A program made the position numbers and the translations under genes. From positions 1 through 10,875 of the forward strand of contig JANOQV010000270.1 of assembly GCA_031414955.1 (NCBI GenBank): 10,875 nt of DNA, given 5' to 3'. Below, in pieces: positions 7,126 to 10,875 of this stretch. Origin of the DNA: Pedosphaera sp. (GTDB taxonomy: Bacteria; Verrucomicrobiota; Verrucomicrobiia; Limisphaerales; SIBH01). Position 1 is the first letter of the stretch; every line of letters begins with the position of its first letter. The notes beneath the pieces are model-generated. The model saw nothing but the letters and a program-made list of their open reading frames with translations, was not told the origin of the DNA and did no database searches.

Positions 7126-7146
7126 AAGGCCGGCGGGTTTTTTGTT
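7116..7146 (+). terminator. Intrinsic terminator (attenuator) in the 5' leader of the EamA gene
   Basis: AAACCCGCCG-aaggc-CGGCGGGTTT followed by TTTGTT, ending 32 nt before the EamA ATG. Confidence 0.88.
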
Positions 7147-7178
7147 GCCCGCCGCCCCGGCAGTTCGCGTGAACTGAC

Positions 7179-8132
7179 ATGAACACAACCAACCCATCGC
7201 ATCCGACTCGAACACTGCTCGTCCTGGCGTTCGCGGCCATCTACCTCGTCTGGGGCTCGACCTATCTCGCGATTCGCGTCGTCGTCGAGACGCTGCCGCC
7301 GTTCCTTTCCGCCGGGGTCCGCTTCGTCGTCGCGGGCGGCTTGCTCTTCGCGTTTCTGTCCGCGCGCGGACTGGCCCGACCGAGCCGCGCGCAATGGCGT
7401 CACGCCACGGTGGCCGGAGTCTTGTTGCTGGTCGGCGGCAACGGACTCGTGATGTGGTCGGAACAACATCTTTCCTCCGGTCTGACCGCGCTCATCGTGG
7501 CGCTGGCCCCGGTGTGGTTCGCCCTGCTCGATTGGGTGCGCCCGCACGGTGCGCGTCCGCAACTCAAAACTGTGCTCGGCATCATCATTGGATTCGCCGG
7601 CGTGGTGATGCTGGTCAACGGGCGGGCCGGCACCGTTCACGGTCAGGCCTATTGGTGGAGCGGGCTGGCGCTGATTGCGGCGGGCCTCAGTTGGGCCGCC
7701 GGATCGCTTTACTCGAAATACAGTCCGAACTCCGGCTCACCCTGGATGAACGCCGCCGCGCAAATGATCTGCGGCGGCGCGGGCCTGCTGCTCGTGGGCA
7801 CGCTGCTCGGCGAACCGTTCCGCACCGACTGGTCGCGCGTGAGCGGACGTTCCCTCGCCGCGCTGGGCTACCTGATCGTGTTCGGCTCCTGGATTGGCTT
7901 TAGCGCCTACGTGTGGCTGCTCCGGGCCAGCACGCCCACGCGCGTCTCGACCTACGCCTACGTCAACCCGATCATCGCCGTCTTCCTCGGCTGGGCGCTG
8001 CTGGGCGAGACCGTGAACGCGCACATGCTCTGGGGCGCGTTGGTCATCCTGGCCGGCGTCATCACCATCACCGTGCCTGCGACCGTAGTGAGGAATGGCT
8101 GGACGCGCGTCCGGCAACAGGTGGCGCGGTGA
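7179..8132 (+). CDS. EamA/DMT family transporter (YedA-like), 317 aa
   Basis: About 10 hydrophobic helices in two repeats. Motifs IYLVWGSTYLAIR, PPFLSAGVRF, GGNGLV, LIVFGSWIGFSAYVWLL and STYAYVNPIIAVFLGW...GE. Confidence 0.92.
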   Translation: MNTTNPSHPTRTLLVLAFAAIYLVWGSTYLAIRVVVETLPPFLSAGVRFVVAGGLLFAFLSARGLARPSRAQWRHATVAGVLLLVGGNGLVMWSEQHLSSGLTALIVALAPVWFALLDWVRPHGARPQLKTVLGIIIGFAGVVMLVNGRAGTVHGQAYWWSGLALIAAGLSWAAGSLYSKYSPNSGSPWMNAAAQMICGGAGLLLVGTLLGEPFRTDWSRVSGRSLAALGYLIVFGSWIGFSAYVWLLRASTPTRVSTYAYVNPIIAVFLGWALLGETVNAHMLWGALVILAGVITITVPATVVRNGWTRVRQQVAR

Positions 8133-8197
8133 GACAAGGGAACAACAGATGTATGGACGACCGAATCGCCACCGCCGGCCCTGGGTTCGGCTTACAC

Positions 8198-8220
8198 CCC
8201 GGCCTCACGGAGGGGCCGGG
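8198..8220. terminator. GC-rich hairpin between convergent genes, possible 3' end or stabilising structure
   Basis: CCCGGCC...GGCCGGG stem with no U-tract on either strand. Confidence 0.25.
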
Positions 8221-8282
8221 CGAAGTCCAATTCCGCGCCCGACGCGGTTGAATCGCGCCGTGTTCCCATAGCCCGCTACGAC

Positions 8283-9770
8283 TCAGTAAGCGAAGAAGGT
8301 CAGGTAGGATTCACCGCGCGCCGCGCGCAGGATGAGCAGCGCCAGCTCACGGGCGTGGTAGTCACCCCACATGGAGCTTTCCCCGTTCGGCACTTGCTGG
8401 CCGGGCGCAATGTAGTCCCAGCCGTTCGGCCGATGATAGACGGAGTGCAGAAGCAAACCCTGATGTTTTGCGCCCGTAGAAAGATATGGCTCGTCAAAAA
8501 GTGTGTTCGCGATGGTCAATCCCGCCTGACGGTAGCGTGTGCCATCCGCTGCCTTTCCGTGCGCGCTCAGGTAATTGCCCAGGCGGATGAAACCCTGCGC
8601 GGCAATCGCCGCCGCCGAGGAGTCCACCGGTTCGTGTTGGTTGTAAGGATCCGAGGGCTTGTCCAAATAGTTCTTCGCCAACCGGGGCAGGTTGGGCGCA
8701 CCCGTGTCCCACATCGGAATGCCATCGCGGCAGGAGTGGGCGAGGTAAAAGTCAGCGGTGGCGCGAGCTGCGTGCAGACACTCCTGCAAAAAGCGTTCTC
8801 TACTCCCTTGCAACTGCTGATTGATGAAGTCGTCCAAGTGTTGCTTGAGCCGTTTCGGACGATTTGATTTGCGATTCTCCTCCAGCGATTCTGCAATCCG
8901 AGGCTCAACGACTTGGTTCATGACCATTGAATCCATGATGGAGAAGAACTCCAACAGCTCGGCGAACCCGCACAGCGCCCAGGCCAGTCCGCGCGTCCAG
9001 GTGCTGAAGGGCGAATACCCTTGCTGCGAGTTGGGGCAACGAAAGACACCGTTAGTGGGGTTGAACACCGCCTCGTGCGTGGTGCGACCACGGACATCAT
9101 AGGCGTCGCGGCCCTGGCCGTAATAAACCGAATAGCACGCCGTGTGGGTGGCGTGTTCAACCAGTCTTTGCAGCAAAGAAATCTTCTCGTCCTGCTCCCC
9201 CATCAGCACATGCCCGAGTTGATGGGCCACCGCCAGCGAGCGGCACGAACGGATCGTATCCACGAACAGTGAATGCGGCCCGTTGAAGGAGTGGATGAAC
9301 CCGCGCCCATCCGCCAGCTTCGTCCACCGCGCCGCCTGCACCGCGCCCGAGACCTTCAGCGCCAGCTCGTAGAAGTTCTTCTCGTGTTCGTGGTGCGGAA
9401 TCTTCCCCTCGCGCATCAGCCGCCAGAGGTTGCCGTAGGTCGAGACGTTGTTGAACCCGTGATCATGCACGCCCGTGTGCGAGACGTGCGTGGCCATGCG
9501 CTGAAGGGTGTGGTCCCGACCGATCCGTAGGAACTGCTCGTCGCCGGTGGCGTCGAATTGCAGCAGCGCCGAGCCATATTGAAAGCCTTGCGTCCACTCC
9601 GTCCAACCACGCGAAGTGTATTTCCCCTTCACGGTGAAGACCGGCGTGCCGGCCTCGGGCTTCCAGGATTTCTCCACGCTCAGGATTTTCTGCGCGGAGA
9701 GCTGGAACAGCCGGTCAATTTTCGGAACCAGTTTCCGGGGAGTCAGCGATCCATCAATGCGTGTCGGCAT
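8283..9770 (-). CDS. Glycoside hydrolase family 88-like protein (unsaturated glucuronyl hydrolase-like), 495 aa
   Basis: Motifs WTQGF, HDHGF, FVDT, QGYSPFSTWTRGLAW, PMWD, DSSAAAIAA and WGDY match GH88 signatures. No signal peptide is visible. Confidence 0.85.
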   Translation of the reverse strand: MPTRIDGSLTPRKLVPKIDRLFQLSAQKILSVEKSWKPEAGTPVFTVKGKYTSRGWTEWTQGFQYGSALLQFDATGDEQFLRIGRDHTLQRMATHVSHTGVHDHGFNNVSTYGNLWRLMREGKIPHHEHEKNFYELALKVSGAVQAARWTKLADGRGFIHSFNGPHSLFVDTIRSCRSLAVAHQLGHVLMGEQDEKISLLQRLVEHATHTACYSVYYGQGRDAYDVRGRTTHEAVFNPTNGVFRCPNSQQGYSPFSTWTRGLAWALCGFAELLEFFSIMDSMVMNQVVEPRIAESLEENRKSNRPKRLKQHLDDFINQQLQGSRERFLQECLHAARATADFYLAHSCRDGIPMWDTGAPNLPRLAKNYLDKPSDPYNQHEPVDSSAAAIAAQGFIRLGNYLSAHGKAADGTRYRQAGLTIANTLFDEPYLSTGAKHQGLLLHSVYHRPNGWDYIAPGQQVPNGESSMWGDYHARELALLILRAARGESYLTFFAY

Positions 9771-9852
9771 GGGAAGAGTTCAACGGAATCCGCCACCCTT
9801 GGCGAGCGTTCTGAACGGAGCAATACGGCTCGAACTGCAGCCGGCTTCAACC

Positions 9853-10650
9853 TCACAGCCGGCGCAAATGAAACCCGCCATCCACGTTGATCACCTCGCC
9901 GGTGCTGAAGGGCAGAGCGTCCTGCGCGATGGCCCCGACCGCCTTGGCCACATCCTCGGGCCGGCCCCAGCGCGGGAGCGGCGTCAGCCCTTGCTGGATC
10001 ATTTGATCGTATTTTTCCTTCACGCTGCTCGTCATGTCGGTGGCGATGATGCCGGGCCGGATGTCATAGACGTTGATGCCGAACTCGGCCAGGCGCGCGG
10101 CAAACAACGGCGTGAGCATGGCCAGCCCCGCCTTGGAGATGCAGTAATCCCCGCGCTGCACGGACGCCGCGTAGGAACTGACCGAGCTGATGGTGATGAT
10201 CTTCGGCCGCGGCCCGGTGAAACCCGGCTTGGTCACCTGCTCAACCATCCAGCGCGCGGCCAGTTGGGTGAGGAAATATGGCCCCTTGAGATTCACCGCC
10301 ATCATCCGGTCGAAACTTTCCTCGCTCGCGCCCAGAATGTCCGCGCGCAAATCGGGCGCGATGCCGGCATTGTTCACCAGCAAGTCCAGCCGGCCAAACT
10401 GGCTCTGGGCAAAGCTCATGAGCCGCTGGCGATCCTTGGCCAGGGAAATGTCGGCCTGGAAAATATCCGCGCGGATCTGCCGGTCCTGGCTCAGGCCCAG
10501 CGCCTTGCAGGAGAGCGCCGTGTCCTGAGCCAGCGATTGGTTGCCGACAAAGTTCACGATCAGGTCGTAGCCTAGTTCGGCCAGCTTGAGGGCGATGCCG
10601 CGCCCAATGCCGCGCGAGGCACCGGTCACAATGGCTAAAGGGTTGCTCAT
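9853..10650 (-). CDS. Classical short-chain dehydrogenase/reductase (FabG-like family, probably a sugar/sugar-acid oxidoreductase), 265 aa
   Basis: [12 protein letters not shown], catalytic S...[21 protein letters not shown] and [10 protein letters not shown]. Start placed at ATG 10650 ([10 protein letters not shown]). Confidence 0.93.
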   Translation of the reverse strand: MSNPLAIVTGASRGIGRGIALKLAELGYDLIVNFVGNQSLAQDTALSCKALGLSQDRQIRADIFQADISLAKDRQRLMSFAQSQFGRLDLLVNNAGIAPDLRADILGASEESFDRMMAVNLKGPYFLTQLAARWMVEQVTKPGFTGPRPKIITISSVSSYAASVQRGDYCISKAGLAMLTPLFAARLAEFGINVYDIRPGIIATDMTSSVKEKYDQMIQQGLTPLPRWGRPEDVAKAVGAIAQDALPFSTGEVINVDGGFHLRRL

Positions 10651-10763
10651 TTCAAAAAAATCTTCAGACACACAGCGGCAAAATAGCGGCCCGGTTGAGT
10701 CGCCTCGGTCAGGACGGCAACGCGGATCGCGCTGCCTCCAGCAATTTCATCCAGGCGCTCATA
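10647..10763 (-). pseudogene. Possible 3' remnant of an upstream gene (...[38 protein letters not shown]) abutting the repeat element
   Basis: Protein-like open frame whose TGA overlaps the SDR ATG (ATGA). Upstream of 10763 the frame stays open to the edge but runs through palindromic repeat sequence. Confidence 0.3.
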
Positions 10764-10875
10764 GAGCCTGTCTGAAAATTCGGAGGCGGAGTGCGCCCGT
10801 CCTCGGGCGCAGCCACGTGATGACGTGGAGCGCGTCGGGAAAACCCAGACCCGCTGAGGTTCGCACCTTGCTGCG
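10762..10875. repeat. REP/MITE-like element, truncated by the window edge
   Basis: TA|GAGCCTGTCTGAAAATT resembles an IS5-family-type terminus. GGAG precedes the hairpin TGCGCCCG-tcct-CGGGCGCA (10792-10811). An inner palindrome CCACGT-gatg-ACGTGG spans 10813-10828. The final GCTGCG (10870-10875) is the reverse complement of CGCAGC (10808-10813), which fits the start of an inverted second copy. Confidence 0.6.

Noticed and set aside
6962..7146. T-box or metabolite riboswitch as the explanation for the leader terminator
   Set aside because: No T-box (TGGNACC) or known aptamer motif is visible, and the uORF with its antiterminator explains the structure.
5872..7215. 447-aa minus-strand ORF
   Set aside because: Antisense to lpxA and runs across the attenuator; no protein-family signal.
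9616..10575. 319-aa plus-strand ORF
   Set aside because: Typical antisense shadow ORF of an SDR gene.
1..10875. CRISPR array, tRNA, rRNA, transposase, integrase or defence genes
   Set aside because: No regularly spaced repeats, cloverleaf or rRNA-like sequence, and no such protein motifs were seen.

Overview
GC-rich bacterial window. The LpxC-FabZ fusion, the GH88/SDR pair and a GGAG-type palindromic repeat are consistent with a Verrucomicrobiota-like genome (inference). Left to right: (-) a secreted polysaccharide deacetylase fused to a CehA/McbA-type metallohydrolase; (-) a membrane-anchored phosphodiester glycosidase (NAGPA/DUF2233 family); (+) a lpxC/fabZ-lpxA lipid A operon; (+) an EamA/DMT transporter; (-) a GH88-like unsaturated glucuronyl hydrolase and an SDR oxidoreductase; and a REP/MITE-like element cut by the right edge. 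The strongest signal missing from the ORF track is a complete ribosome-dependent attenuator upstream of the EamA gene: a 40-aa leader peptide with W-G-C-V-V-V-W-S-I codons, an antiterminator and an intrinsic terminator. Other items are a candidate 6S-like RNA in the divergent intergenic region, a 25-bp palindrome beside a small hydrophobic ORF, repeated leaderless promoter architecture, and a low-GC in-frame segment in the GH88 gene. All calls come from reading the sequence; no searches were run.
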